Source of the DNA: Alphaproteobacteria bacterium
GTDB taxonomy: Bacteria; Pseudomonadota; Alphaproteobacteria; RF32; CAG-239
Direction: 5' to 3'
Assembly (NCBI GenBank): GCA_017501665.1
Contig: JAFVWM010000017.1
Coordinates: forward strand, 94,361-158,360
DNA length: 64,000 nt
Both the position numbers and the translations under genes were made by a program. The first letter of the stretch is position 1; each line of letters starts with the position of its first letter. This document shows positions 43,826-54,015 of this stretch, piece after piece. The notes beneath the pieces are model-generated. The model saw only the letters and a program-made list of their open reading frames with translations, did no database searches and was not told the origin of the DNA.

Positions 43826-45019
43826 CTAATCCCTTAAAAAAGATTTTCCTTCATCAATTTTTAATCCCAATATTTCGGCTACCGTTTGTCCCACATCAGC
43901 AAAAGTATCTCTCGTTCCCACATATCCCGATTCAAGTTTTTTGCCAAACATCAATACCGGAATTTGTTCTCTGGTGTGGTCTGAGCCCTTAGCTGTCGGA
44001 TCATTACCATGATCAGCCACAATAAAAGCCACATCGTCTTCACGCATTACATTAACAATTTCAGGCAATCTTTCATCAAAATATTCCAGCGCCTTGGCAT
44101 ATCCTTCCAAATTGCGTCTATGACCATACAACATATCAAAATCAACAAAATTAGTAAAAATCAAGCTATTATCCGGAGCAACCCTGCCTTCACTTAAAGT
44201 TTTATCCCAAAGTTCCTCATGACCGGAAGCTAAAACCTTTTTGCTGACACCGCATCCGGCATAAATATCGCTGATTTTTCCGATTGCAATGACTTCATTT
44301 CCGCCATTTTTTACTACATCAAGCAGAGTTTCTTTAGGCGGTTTAACCGAGTAATCATGACGATTCTTTGTTCTGACAAATTCGCCTTTTTTTTCTCCCT
44401 CAAAAGGTCTGGCAATTACTCGAGCAATATTATAAGGTTTCAGTTCTTCAAAAGCAATTTGACAAACCTCATACAATCTTTCCAATCCGAAATGCTTTTC
44501 ACTTGCCGCAATCTGAAAACAACTGTCTACCGAAGTATAACAAATCGGCATACCTGTTTTAATATGTTCTTCACCCAGTTCTTCAATAATCATCGTGCCT
44601 GAAGCGGCTTTATTGCCTAAAATTCCTTTTAAACCGGCTCTCTGACAAATTTTATCAATCAATTCTTTCGGAAAAGACGGATATTCAGGTTTAAAATACC
44701 CCCAAGGAGACCTAACGGCAACACCGGCCAATTCCCAATGCCCCGACGAAGTATCTTTGGCAAGACTTATTTCTTTACAATTACCATACCTTGCCGGAAA
44801 ATCGATTTTTGCACCTTCTTCCGAAAGCTTTCTGTTTAATCCGCTTACCTTATTAGATACCTTTACCAACCCCAATTTTACCAAATTAGGTATTTTTAAA
44901 TCAGGATAATTATCGGCAATATGCCCAAAAGTATCCGCTCCCGCATCGCCAAAATCAGCCGCATCAATTGCACCGCCAATTCCGAATGAATCCATCACCA
45001 AAATAAATACTCTGGGCAT
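43826..45019 (-). CDS. deoB: Phosphopentomutase
   Basis: MPRVFILVMDSFGIGGAIDAADFGDAGADTFGHIA aligns with the recalled E. coli DeoB N-terminus; 397 aa; GAGGAG SD. Confidence 0.9.
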   Translation of the reverse strand: MPRVFILVMDSFGIGGAIDAADFGDAGADTFGHIADNYPDLKIPNLVKLGLVKVSNKVSGLNRKLSEEGAKIDFPARYGNCKEISLAKDTSSGHWELAGVAVRSPWGYFKPEYPSFPKELIDKICQRAGLKGILGNKAASGTMIIEELGEEHIKTGMPICYTSVDSCFQIAASEKHFGLERLYEVCQIAFEELKPYNIARVIARPFEGEKKGEFVRTKNRHDYSVKPPKETLLDVVKNGGNEVIAIGKISDIYAGCGVSKKVLASGHEELWDKTLSEGRVAPDNSLIFTNFVDFDMLYGHRRNLEGYAKALEYFDERLPEIVNVMREDDVAFIVADHGNDPTAKGSDHTREQIPVLMFGKKLESGYVGTRDTFADVGQTVAEILGLKIDEGKSFLRD

Positions 45020-45035
45020 AGCTCCTCACAAAAAA

Positions 45036-46460
45036 TTACTTAACCTTTATACTATGTAACAAATTGGTATGTCCTTTAATATTAAACGGAAAACCTGCAG
45101 TAATAATAATTTGATCACCTTCTTTAGCCATTTTTGCCTTTTTTACATATTTTACCGCACATTTTTCAACATTTGTAAATTTTTCAAAACTTTCTTTATT
45201 TACATATGGTTTAACTCCCCAAACAAGCACCATCTGTCTTGCTACTTTAATATCAGGTGACATTGCCAATATCGGCAACGACGGACGCTCTTTAGCAGTT
45301 AACATTGTGGTAAAACCGGAAGAAGAAAAACTGACTATCGCTTTTACATTTTTCAAAACACCGGCCAATTCCGAAGCGGCAAAAGTAATAGCATTTGCTT
45401 CATCGGTATCAAATCTTTTTATTCTGGCATTTTTCATCAACTCAAAAAATAAAGGATCCGATTCAACTTGATTGATAATACTGTTCATCATCTTAACCGC
45501 CTCAATCGGATATTTTCCGGCAGCCGTTTCAGCCGACAACATCACCGTATCGGCTCCGTCATAAACAGCAGTTGCCACATCCGAAACCTCAGCACGTGTC
45601 GGCGTCGGATTAACAATCATCGATTCTAACATTTGCGTAGCAACAATAACCGGCTTTGCATAAAAACGACAAGTTTTAATAATTCGTTTTTGTAAAACAG
45701 GAACTGTCGGTAACGGGCATTCAACTCCCAAATCGCCTCTTGCCACCATAATAGCATCAGATTCTTTTACAATATTGTTCAAATCATTAATAGCACTTGG
45801 TTTTTCTAATTTTGCAATAATTTTTGCCTTACCTTTAATAAGTTTTTTTACTTCTATAATATCTTCTACACGTTGTACAAATGATAAACCGATCCAATCA
45901 ACATCGTTTTGCAAAGCAAATTTTATATCTTTCTTATCTTTTTCGGTAACTGCCGAAATATTTAATGTGGTATTAGGAAGATTAACCCCTTTATGACTGG
46001 AAATATATCCGCCGACCTTAACAATCGTATCCATTGAGGTTTTAGATGCTTTTATAACCTCCAAAACAATATAGCCGTCATTAACCAACAATTTATCACC
46101 GACCTTAATTGCTGCAAAAATTTCTTCATGAGGTAAACAAACCCTTGTATTATCCCCCAATTTATCTTTCATATCCAACGTAAAAGTTTGTCCTTCTTCC
46201 AACCAAACTTTTTCTTCCTTAAAATTACCCACTCGCAGTTTCGGTCCCTGCATATCCGCTAATATGGCAATTACCTTACCTTTTTCCTTTTCCAAATCTC
46301 TGATAGTTTTGATACGCTCTTTATGCTCCTCGTATGTTCCATGACTGAAATTTACTCTGAAAGCATCTGCACCGGCATCAATAAGTTCGGATAATTTTGC
46401 TTTACTTGCAGAAGAAGGGCCAATTGTTGCTAAAATTTTTGTACGAGTTCCCACGGGCAT
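45036..46460 (-). CDS. pyk: Pyruvate kinase
   Basis: TKILATIGP, FRVNFSHG and MVARGDLG motifs. ATG 46460 (MPVGTRTK) with AAGGA SD preferred over the track's longer start. Confidence 0.9.
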   Translation of the reverse strand: MPVGTRTKILATIGPSSASKAKLSELIDAGADAFRVNFSHGTYEEHKERIKTIRDLEKEKGKVIAILADMQGPKLRVGNFKEEKVWLEEGQTFTLDMKDKLGDNTRVCLPHEEIFAAIKVGDKLLVNDGYIVLEVIKASKTSMDTIVKVGGYISSHKGVNLPNTTLNISAVTEKDKKDIKFALQNDVDWIGLSFVQRVEDIIEVKKLIKGKAKIIAKLEKPSAINDLNNIVKESDAIMVARGDLGVECPLPTVPVLQKRIIKTCRFYAKPVIVATQMLESMIVNPTPTRAEVSDVATAVYDGADTVMLSAETAAGKYPIEAVKMMNSIINQVESDPLFFELMKNARIKRFDTDEANAITFAASELAGVLKNVKAIVSFSSSGFTTMLTAKERPSLPILAMSPDIKVARQMVLVWGVKPYVNKESFEKFTNVEKCAVKYVKKAKMAKEGDQIIITAGFPFNIKGHTNLLHSIKVK

Positions 46461-46596
46461 AATTTTAATCCTTATCATATAAATAAATCTGTTGATCATC
46501 ATATATAAAATAAGTTAATAAGGTGTTATTTTTATACTTGTAAATAATAAAATAATTTGCTACTTATACAAAAAAATAAATGACAAGGAGATAACT

Positions 46597-46851
46597 ATGA
46601 GTGAACAAACAACCGAAACCGGAGGCATTGCCGCCGACAGACTTCGTTCCTTAATCGAAAGAATAGAACGTTTGGAAGAAGAAAAAAAAGCTATTTCCGG
46701 CGACATCAGAGACATTTATGCCGAAGCAAAATCTGCAGGATTCGATGTAAAAATCATGCGTGCTGTCATTAAACTTCGTAAAATGAATGCTGCCGATCGC
46801 GATGAGCAGGAATTTTTGCTCGATACATATAAAAAAGCACTGGATATCTAA
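46597..46851 (+). CDS. gapR: GapR / DUF2312 alphaproteobacterial nucleoid-associated protein
   Basis: LRSLIERIERLEEEKKAISGDIRDIYAEAKSAGFDVKIMRAVIKLRKMNAADRDE closely matches the recalled Caulobacter GapR; AAGGAG SD. Confidence 0.8.
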   Translation: MSEQTTETGGIAADRLRSLIERIERLEEEKKAISGDIRDIYAEAKSAGFDVKIMRAVIKLRKMNAADRDEQEFLLDTYKKALDI

Positions 46852-46854
46852 ATT

Positions 46855-46884
46855 AAAAAGCCTCTTTCAAAGAGGCTTTTTTCA
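46855..46884. terminator. Bidirectional terminator between gapR and the chrA pair
   Basis: AAAAAGCCTCTT-tca-AAGAGGCTTTTTT. Confidence 0.75.
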
Positions 46885-47403
46885 CAATATTTTTAACAAA
46901 ATTCCCAACACTGCCGACAAACATAAATAATAAATCGGATTTTTTTTCCAAATACGCATCATTGATAACACTATTGTCAAAAATAAAACATCTTTTACAT
47001 CAACAATAACTATTTTCCCCAATTCCAATCCCGCAAATAGTATTAAAGCCAAAACCGCTGGTCTGATACCGCCTAAAATATCCTTAACTCTGATATTACA
47101 ACTATATTTGTTCATCATTTTGGCAACCATGATCATAATCACCACCGATGGAAAAACCAAAGCCAAAGTTGCCAAAATACCACATACGATTCCACCGGCA
47201 TTAAAACCGGCAAACGTAGCCATATTAACACCAATCGGTCCGGGGGTTGATTCGGATATGGCTATCATATTAGCCAATTCTGTTTTGGTAAACCAATCAT
47301 ATTTATCAGCCAAATCAAACAAAAACGGAACCGTAACCAATCCCCCGCCTATTGCCAACAAACCGATTTTAAAAAACTCAACCATCAATAAAACATATAT
47401 CAT
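46882..47403 (-). CDS. chrA: Chromate transporter ChrA, short-chain half (second gene of a split pair)
   Basis: 173 aa polytopic; ATGA overlap with the upstream half. Confidence 0.75.
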   Translation of the reverse strand: MIYVLLMVEFFKIGLLAIGGGLVTVPFLFDLADKYDWFTKTELANMIAISESTPGPIGVNMATFAGFNAGGIVCGILATLALVFPSVVIMIMVAKMMNKYSCNIRVKDILGGIRPAVLALILFAGLELGKIVIVDVKDVLFLTIVLSMMRIWKKNPIYYLCLSAVLGILLKIL

Positions 47404-47945
47404 TTTATCAACCTTCGTTTAAATTCGCCGATTGCTAAAGCAACACTTCCTGCCAATACAACCAATAATACAGCCGAAATATTAACCCCGATTAACAAAG
47501 CAATTGCACCAAAAAACATCAAAATATTATAAACACTTTTTAGATTTTTCTTTGCCAAATCAAAAATTATGTTAAAAATCAGCGCCACAACACAAATTCT
47601 GATACCGTAAAACGCATATATAACATAACGATTATCCGTAAAATGTTCCAAAACCGAAGCTACTAAAGTAATTATCACAATTGATGGCATAATAATTCCC
47701 AAAGTAGCCATTATGGCACCCTTTACTTTAGCTTGTTGATACCCGATGAACGTTGCCACATTAACCGCAATAATCCCCGGTGTACATTGACCGATAGAAT
47801 ACAAATCAAGTAGCTCTTCTTCACTTAAATATTTCCGTTTATCAACTACTTCGGCTTTTAACAAAGGCAACATTGCATATCCTCCGCCAAAAGTAAACAA
47901 GCCAACCTTAAAAAACAACCTAAACAATTTCCATAAATTACGCAT
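47400..47945 (-). CDS. chrA: Chromate transporter ChrA, short-chain half (first gene of a split pair)
   Basis: FKVGLFTFGGGYAMLPLL CHR-family motif; 181 aa. Confidence 0.8.
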   Translation of the reverse strand: MRNLWKLFRLFFKVGLFTFGGGYAMLPLLKAEVVDKRKYLSEEELLDLYSIGQCTPGIIAVNVATFIGYQQAKVKGAIMATLGIIMPSIVIITLVASVLEHFTDNRYVIYAFYGIRICVVALIFNIIFDLAKKNLKSVYNILMFFGAIALLIGVNISAVLLVVLAGSVALAIGEFKRRLIK

Positions 47946-48036
47946 AAAAACTTTTGTCCTATCAGTTGTTATTACACTATCTGATGAATATATCGCAAAT
48001 ATAGTTTTATAATAGTTAACATTTTAAGATAAAAAA

Positions 48037-49038
48037 ATGATTATTACAGTACTCAAAGAACCGTCTTATGAAAATAGAGTTGCCATAACTCCTCAGGCAA
48101 CCCAAAAATATATTTCTCAAGGCTTTAAGGTAATTATAGAAGCAAATGCCGGTATAAATTCCGGATTTGATGACGCATCATACATTTCTTCCGGTGCTAA
48201 AATCGAAAAAAACATCTCAAAAATTTTAAGGCAAAGCGATATTTTGCTAAAGGTTACACCTCCGACGACAGATGAACTTAAACATATCAAGAAATCATCG
48301 ATCATTATCGCCAATTTTCAAAATTCCGTTACCGACAATATCTTAAAACAAATAAAACTTAAAAAACTAAATTGCTTTGCTCTTGAAAAACTTCCTCGAG
48401 TATCAAAAGCCCAAAGTTTTGATATTTTATCATCACAAGACAGCCTGTCCGGATATCAATCAGTCATTAAAGCAACCGAATTGCTAAATCGTTCGATTCC
48501 CATGATGATAACCTCAGCCGGCACTCTTGCTCCGATAAAATTTTTAATTTTGGGCATCGGAATTGCCGGACTTCAAGCTATTGCCACAGCCAAAAGGCTC
48601 GGAGCCAAAGTATATGCTCATGATATCCGTCCCGAAACAAAAGAACAGGCTATGTCTTTGGGTGCTGTATTTGTTGAAGACCTTAATGAAATAATTACTC
48701 AAGTCGACGTCATAATTTCTTCGGCCTTTTCTTCAGGCAAAAAAGCTCCGTTGTTAATAAAAAAATCCATTATCAAAACCCTAAAAAAAAGCACTGTTCT
48801 GATTGATATGGCCATATCCTACGGCGGAAACATTGAAGGAAGCAAGCCCCTTGAAACCATTGATATTTTCTCTTGCAAAATTTATGCCGACAGCAACTTA
48901 GCCAACCAAGTACCTCAAAGTGCTTGTATTCTTTATGCCAATAACTTAAGCAATTTTATCGATTATCTGGCTCTTAAACCCGATAAAAAATTAATCATAA
49001 ATAAAAAAGACGAGATTATAAAATCAACTTTTGTTTGA
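48037..49038 (+). CDS. pntAA: NAD(P) transhydrogenase alpha subunit, part 1 (soluble dI domain)
   Basis: AlaDH/PNT N-domain (RVAITPQATQKY) and Rossmann GIGIAGLQAIATAKRLGAKV; TATAAT at 48008-13 upstream. Confidence 0.85.
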   Translation: MIITVLKEPSYENRVAITPQATQKYISQGFKVIIEANAGINSGFDDASYISSGAKIEKNISKILRQSDILLKVTPPTTDELKHIKKSSIIIANFQNSVTDNILKQIKLKKLNCFALEKLPRVSKAQSFDILSSQDSLSGYQSVIKATELLNRSIPMMITSAGTLAPIKFLILGIGIAGLQAIATAKRLGAKVYAHDIRPETKEQAMSLGAVFVEDLNEIITQVDVIISSAFSSGKKAPLLIKKSIIKTLKKSTVLIDMAISYGGNIEGSKPLETIDIFSCKIYADSNLANQVPQSACILYANNLSNFIDYLALKPDKKLIINKKDEIIKSTFV

Positions 49039-49049
49039 GGAGATGTAAT

Positions 49050-49337
49050 ATGAACATATGGTTATCAGCCACAATTTTTATGCTGGCCTGCTTTGTCGGT
49101 TATTTTGTAATTTGGTGCGTAACTCCCGCACTTTACTCTCCTTTAATGAGTGTTTCAAATGCAATATCCGGCATTATAATAATCGGAGCAATTTTATCTT
49201 TCGAAACCTCATATTCTGCAACCGACCGAATATTGTCATATATAGCTGTTTTTTTGGCATCTGTTAACATTTTTGGCGGTTTTGTCATATCACAACGAAT
49301 GTTAAATATGTTTCAGACAAAAGGAAAAAAGAAATAA
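49050..49337 (+). CDS. pntAB: NAD(P) transhydrogenase alpha subunit, part 2 (membrane)
   Basis: 95 aa with ~3 TM helices; ATG 49050 (MNIWLS) with GAGGAGA SD preferred over the track's TTG start; TAATG overlap with pntB. Confidence 0.8.
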   Translation: MNIWLSATIFMLACFVGYFVIWCVTPALYSPLMSVSNAISGIIIIGAILSFETSYSATDRILSYIAVFLASVNIFGGFVISQRMLNMFQTKGKKK

Positions 49338-50686
49338 TGTTTATACCGAATTTACTCTATTTAACCTCATCTTTTTTACTGATATCCTCAATTAGAATGC
49401 TATCTTCGCCAAAGACCGCATTTAAGGGCAATTTTTACGGATTCATCGGCATATTATTAGCCATAATTTCAAGTATTTATTCTTCCGACGTCGATAACAA
49501 ATTTTGGCTTAATATCATAATAATTTTTGGTGCTGTCCTAGGTATTTATTCGGGATTAAAGGTTAAAATAACCGCATTACCGCAAATGATTGCCATATTT
49601 AACTCTTTTGGCGGACTTTCCGCTGTTTGTATTTCGCTATCCGAACAATTAAGTTTTTCGCCACAATACGTAATGAATACGTTAGGGCTTGTAATCGGAG
49701 GCATAACCTTTACCGGATCAATTATAGCATTTGCCAAACTTCAAGGGCTTATAAAATCAAAACCGTTTCATTTCCGATTACAAAACAAATTAAACCTTAT
49801 AATTTTGGGTATTATAATTGCTGTTTCGTTCAGTTTTATACTAAAACCGAATAATACACTATTTGTCATAATTTGTTTTTTAACATTACTTCTTGGCATC
49901 TTAATATTATTACCGGTCGGCGGTGCCGATATGCCGGTTGCCATATCAATATTAAATGCATTTTCCGGATGGGCAACCGTTGGTATCGGCTTCTCACTTT
50001 CATCACTAATCCTGATAATCATAGGTTCAATAGTCGGTTTTAGCGGTTCGATTCTGGCATATGTAATGATGCAATCCATGAACCGAAGCCTAAAAAACAT
50101 TTTAACCGGCTCTTTTGCCAAACAAAGCAATGCTTCATATACTTCTGACAAAATTGCTAAATCAGGCTCTCCTTACGATGCTGCTTTTATCATGGAAAAT
50201 TCTCAAAAAATAATCATTGTTCCCGGTTATGGCATGGCCGTATCTCAAGCTCAATTTTCGCTTAAAAATATGGCCGATATATTAAGAAAAAAATATAATG
50301 TCAGTGTCAAATTTGCCATCCATCCGGTAGCCGGTCGCATGCCCGGTCATATGAATGTCTTGTTAGCCGAAGCCGGTATAGATTATAATGATGTTTTTGA
50401 ACTTCAAGATATAAATAATGAATTTTCTACTGCCGATGTTGCCTATGTAATAGGTGCCAATGACATTACTAATCCTTTAGCCAAAACAGATTCATCTTCA
50501 CCGATTTATCAAATGCCGATATTAGATGTTGAAAAAGCCAAAACCGTATTTTTTGTAAAACGTTCATTAAACAGCGGATATTCAGGCATAGATAACCCTC
50601 TTTTTTACGCATCAAATACCATAATGTTATACGGTGATGCCAAACAAATTACCGATGAAATTGTAAAACAACTCGAACAGAGCTAA
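49337..50686 (+). CDS. pntB: NAD(P) transhydrogenase beta subunit
   Basis: N-terminal TM region plus C-terminal dIII NADP(H) domain (IVPGYGMAVSQAQ, GANDITNP). Confidence 0.9.
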   Translation: MFIPNLLYLTSSFLLISSIRMLSSPKTAFKGNFYGFIGILLAIISSIYSSDVDNKFWLNIIIIFGAVLGIYSGLKVKITALPQMIAIFNSFGGLSAVCISLSEQLSFSPQYVMNTLGLVIGGITFTGSIIAFAKLQGLIKSKPFHFRLQNKLNLIILGIIIAVSFSFILKPNNTLFVIICFLTLLLGILILLPVGGADMPVAISILNAFSGWATVGIGFSLSSLILIIIGSIVGFSGSILAYVMMQSMNRSLKNILTGSFAKQSNASYTSDKIAKSGSPYDAAFIMENSQKIIIVPGYGMAVSQAQFSLKNMADILRKKYNVSVKFAIHPVAGRMPGHMNVLLAEAGIDYNDVFELQDINNEFSTADVAYVIGANDITNPLAKTDSSSPIYQMPILDVEKAKTVFFVKRSLNSGYSGIDNPLFYASNTIMLYGDAKQITDEIVKQLEQS

Positions 50687-51258
50687 TTTTTAGACAGTTT
50701 TTGAGCAATTTGTTTGCACATTTGACTTAGCATCTCACTCATAACTTTGACATAACTGTCATAACCGTTTTTAAACGTCTTATTCAACTCTGTTTTCCCC
50801 TTATACCTGACATCAAAAGTACTTCCGTTTTTAATCGTCCACAAAGCCTCAAAATAAGCTTCATTGTTTTTAACCATATCAAATCTAACAACCGATACAT
50901 TTAATATATACTTATATTGTTCCAATAAAGAGATTCTTGGTTTTACTGATGCCTTGGGTAAATAAGCTCGTAAATCACTAGCCATAACTCTTTGCATCAT
51001 AACATCCAAATCATCACTCCATCGATTCGTTTCATCAATATTCAATTCAGAATTATCTGATGAAACCGAAACTATTTGTGGTCGATCAACATATTCCGGC
51101 AGTTCCGGCAAATCCACACCCAATGACAAAGTTGTTTGGCTCAAAGGCGTAACATTTTCTATTGTTTGCAATGTATAAAATGTACTTTCGGGACTATAAC
51201 CGCCGAAACAACCGGTTATCAAAAACAAACTTATTACACAAATAACCTTTTTCATCAT
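50683..51258 (-). CDS. ABC-transport auxiliary lipoprotein (DUF330/YmbA-like) of the Mla operon
   Basis: Lipobox LITGC; last gene after mlaD with ATGA overlap. Its stop (50683-85) overlaps the convergent pntB stop (50684-86). Confidence 0.5.
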   Translation of the reverse strand: MMKKVICVISLFLITGCFGGYSPESTFYTLQTIENVTPLSQTTLSLGVDLPELPEYVDRPQIVSVSSDNSELNIDETNRWSDDLDVMMQRVMASDLRAYLPKASVKPRISLLEQYKYILNVSVVRFDMVKNNEAYFEALWTIKNGSTFDVRYKGKTELNKTFKNGYDSYVKVMSEMLSQMCKQIAQKLSKN

Positions 51259-52013
51259 CTGTTTTTTCCTTTAATTAAAGCTTCGGGATGTCTTTCTAAA
51301 TAGTCAGTCAAATTTTGCATGGATTTTGCAGCCTTAGCCACATTTATGGTCATCTTGTTAAAGTTATCCAAAACTTGTATGGTAACACCTTTATTTCGTT
51401 GAACCATATTTTCAATATCTGCCACTACCTTATTTATTTCCGGCATCATTTTATTCAAGCCGCCAAAAAAATCCGTAAAGTTCTTAAAACCTTCCGCCAA
51501 AGGAATTTTTTGCAAACCGCGCGACAATTCACCGATTGGCGATAAAACGGTCGGAATTTCCAAGACTCCTACATCCTCATGAAGTTTAATATCCGTTTCA
51601 GGCAACATTACCAGTTCAACCATCAGCTGACCGGTAACAAAACTATGTGTAGCCAACCTTGCGCGTAATCCTTTTTTTATCAACTCATCCAAAACAGCTT
51701 TAGGTGATGAAAACAATGAATCCGAATTCAGCGATTTACTTTGCATTTTTGCATATACCGGAATACTAAAACTCAGGTCATCAGGATTAGCCTTAATTTC
51801 AATACGGCTTACCTCGCCTATTTTAACCCCTTTAAACACAACAGACGAACCGACACTCAAGCCATTGACCGATTCATCAAAAAACATCACAATTTCTTTG
51901 CTCTTATGTCCAAAAATTTTATTTTGAAGCAAACCTCCCAGAATCAACAATAAAATACTGACGGAAGTTATCATAAAAATTCCGATTTTTCTTTTATCCG
52001 GTTGTCTTGGCAT
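51255..52013 (-). CDS. mlaD: MCE-domain protein MlaD
   Basis: N-terminal TM then MCE domain (NGLSVGSSVVFKGVKIGEVSRIEI). Confidence 0.8.
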   Translation of the reverse strand: MPRQPDKRKIGIFMITSVSILLLILGGLLQNKIFGHKSKEIVMFFDESVNGLSVGSSVVFKGVKIGEVSRIEIKANPDDLSFSIPVYAKMQSKSLNSDSLFSSPKAVLDELIKKGLRARLATHSFVTGQLMVELVMLPETDIKLHEDVGVLEIPTVLSPIGELSRGLQKIPLAEGFKNFTDFFGGLNKMMPEINKVVADIENMVQRNKGVTIQVLDNFNKMTINVAKAAKSMQNLTDYLERHPEALIKGKNR

Positions 52014-52762
52014 TATTCCTTACCTCCGCTTAAAAATCTATATACATTTTGGTTTGGCGGATTTTTCAGCAAATCTTTCGGATTACCTTTTGCCGAAACG
52101 CCTTTTATATCGGTATCAATAAATATCGAGTTATTACCTATGGCAAAAATTGAACTTAGTTCATGCGTAATAACCACAATAGTTGTACCCAAACTTTGAT
52201 TAATTTCCAAAATCAAATCATCCAACAACTTTGAGCTTACCGGATCCAATCCGGCCGACGGCTCATCAAAATATAATATTTTAGGATCAAGCGCCAAAGC
52301 TCGAGCAAGTCCGGCACGTTTTTTCATACCTCCGCTGATTTCCGAAGGATAAAAGTCACCATACCCTCTTAACCCTACCAAAGCTAATTTTAATTCAACC
52401 AAATCAGCAATCATATCCGGCGAATAATCCGTATATTCTTGTAAGGGAAGAGCCACATTTTCTGCCAAAGTCATTGATGAAAACAGTGCACCGCTCTGAT
52501 ACAAAATTCCGCAATCACGCATAATAAGTTTTTTGTTTTCATCATCTTGCGCATAAAAATCTTTAGCCAAAATCCATACTTTGCCCTTAGACGGTTCCTT
52601 CAATCCGGTCATCACTCTCATTAACGAGCTTTTTCCGCAACCGGAACCGCCCATAATAATAAAAACATCACCTTTATTTATCTCAAAATCAACTTCACGC
52701 ATTAAAACGTTACTTCCGTAAGCGACTTCTATTTTTTCACCTTTAATGCAGATATTATTCAT
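52013..52762 (-). CDS. mlaF: ABC transporter ATP-binding protein MlaF
   Basis: Walker A GGSGCGKSS, signature LSGGMKKR, Walker B ILYFDEP. Confidence 0.85.
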   Translation of the reverse strand: MNNICIKGEKIEVAYGSNVLMREVDFEINKGDVFIIMGGSGCGKSSLMRVMTGLKEPSKGKVWILAKDFYAQDDENKKLIMRDCGILYQSGALFSSMTLAENVALPLQEYTDYSPDMIADLVELKLALVGLRGYGDFYPSEISGGMKKRAGLARALALDPKILYFDEPSAGLDPVSSKLLDDLILEINQSLGTTIVVITHELSSIFAIGNNSIFIDTDIKGVSAKGNPKDLLKNPPNQNVYRFLSGGKE

Positions 52763-52765
52763 CGC

Positions 52766-53872
52766 TTAAATTCCCATTAATTGACAAATCCAAGTAATAA
52801 TTCCGGTTGCAACAATCATAATCACAATTGACGAGACTACTGCCTTTGTTGTAGCCAGACCGACACTATCGGCGTTTCTTCCGCAATTAACACCATAATA
52901 ACATCCCGAAGTTGAAATAATCACGCCATATACAAATCCATGAAAAAGACCAACCAAAAAATTATTCAGTCCAAACGCATTTACCGAAAAATTAACATAT
53001 TGTTGCGGAGCTATATCAAGCATAAAAATAGCCACTACTCCACCGCCGATAATTCCCATAATATCGGCCAACATTGTCAAAAACGGCATCACCAATATCA
53101 AACTTAAAAGCCTTGGTAAAATCAGAAAATCAGCAACATTAAAACCCAATGTCTTTAGAGCATCAACTTCTTCATTAACCTGCATTGTACCGATTGTGGC
53201 AGCATACGATGCGCCTGTTCTGCCGGCCATTATAATACCGACCATAATTGCCCCCATAATCCTGATCATACCGATAGTAACAAGTGAGGCAATATAAATC
53301 TCGGCACCAAACATTTTAAGTTGAATAGATCCGACAAACGCTAAAATAAGCCCGACCATAAAACTTACCAAACTTACAATCCCCACCGCCTTATAACCGC
53401 AATCTTCCAAAGCAAAATCAAAATCTATTTTTCGTGATACCGCTGTTCCGGCGACAAAACGTTTTACAGCGCCCCATATATCACCGACAAAGGAAAAAAC
53501 TCTTTTTATTGTAATATATTTTTCAATACCCCATTCGCCCGCTTTTTCAAAAAAGGAAATTTCCTTATCCTTAACAATAACCGGTTTTCTGTCTACTTTT
53601 AAGGCCAGCTCAACAAGTTGTTTAAGATTTTTCGGCAAACCCGACCAATCAATCATTATATTATTTTTCTGACAAAACATTGCCAACTTAAACAAAAATG
53701 CCACCAACGATGAATCCCAACTTTTCAATCCTTTGGTATCAAATTTTATTTTTTCTACTTTTTTCAAAGAACTGAACAGAGCGGTTATTCGCTTTTGATC
53801 ATCATAGAGCAACACATCACCGACAGGTAGTATCAAAAAGTAATTATCTGTTTTTTCAAATTCCAAACTCAT
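52766..53872 (-). CDS. mlaE: ABC permease MlaE with N-terminal MlaB/STAS-like ~110-aa extension
   Basis: C-terminal ~255 aa is a typical MlaE permease; the N-terminal YFLILPVGDVLLYDD...DSSLVAFLFKL...IDWSGLPKNLKQLVELA fits a STAS fold. ATG at 53872. Confidence 0.75.
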   Translation of the reverse strand: MSLEFEKTDNYFLILPVGDVLLYDDQKRITALFSSLKKVEKIKFDTKGLKSWDSSLVAFLFKLAMFCQKNNIMIDWSGLPKNLKQLVELALKVDRKPVIVKDKEISFFEKAGEWGIEKYITIKRVFSFVGDIWGAVKRFVAGTAVSRKIDFDFALEDCGYKAVGIVSLVSFMVGLILAFVGSIQLKMFGAEIYIASLVTIGMIRIMGAIMVGIIMAGRTGASYAATIGTMQVNEEVDALKTLGFNVADFLILPRLLSLILVMPFLTMLADIMGIIGGGVVAIFMLDIAPQQYVNFSVNAFGLNNFLVGLFHGFVYGVIISTSGCYYGVNCGRNADSVGLATTKAVVSSIVIMIVATGIITWICQLMGI

Positions 53873-53971
53873 ACATAACCCACATTTTCAAACTTTAGAA
53901 ATACAATATATACACAAAATTCAAAAAAGCAAATTTGCAAGTGTAAAAACAGGTAGGTATATTTGTTTAAT

Positions 53972-54002
53972 CAAAAAACAACCCCGAATTAATTCGGGGT
54001 TA
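53972..54002 (-). terminator. Rho-independent terminator of the glycyl-tRNA synthetase gene
   Basis: Minus-sense AACCCCGAATT-AATTCGGGGTT followed by GTTTTTTGA. Confidence 0.75.
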
Positions 54003-54015
54003 TTTGTAATAAATC

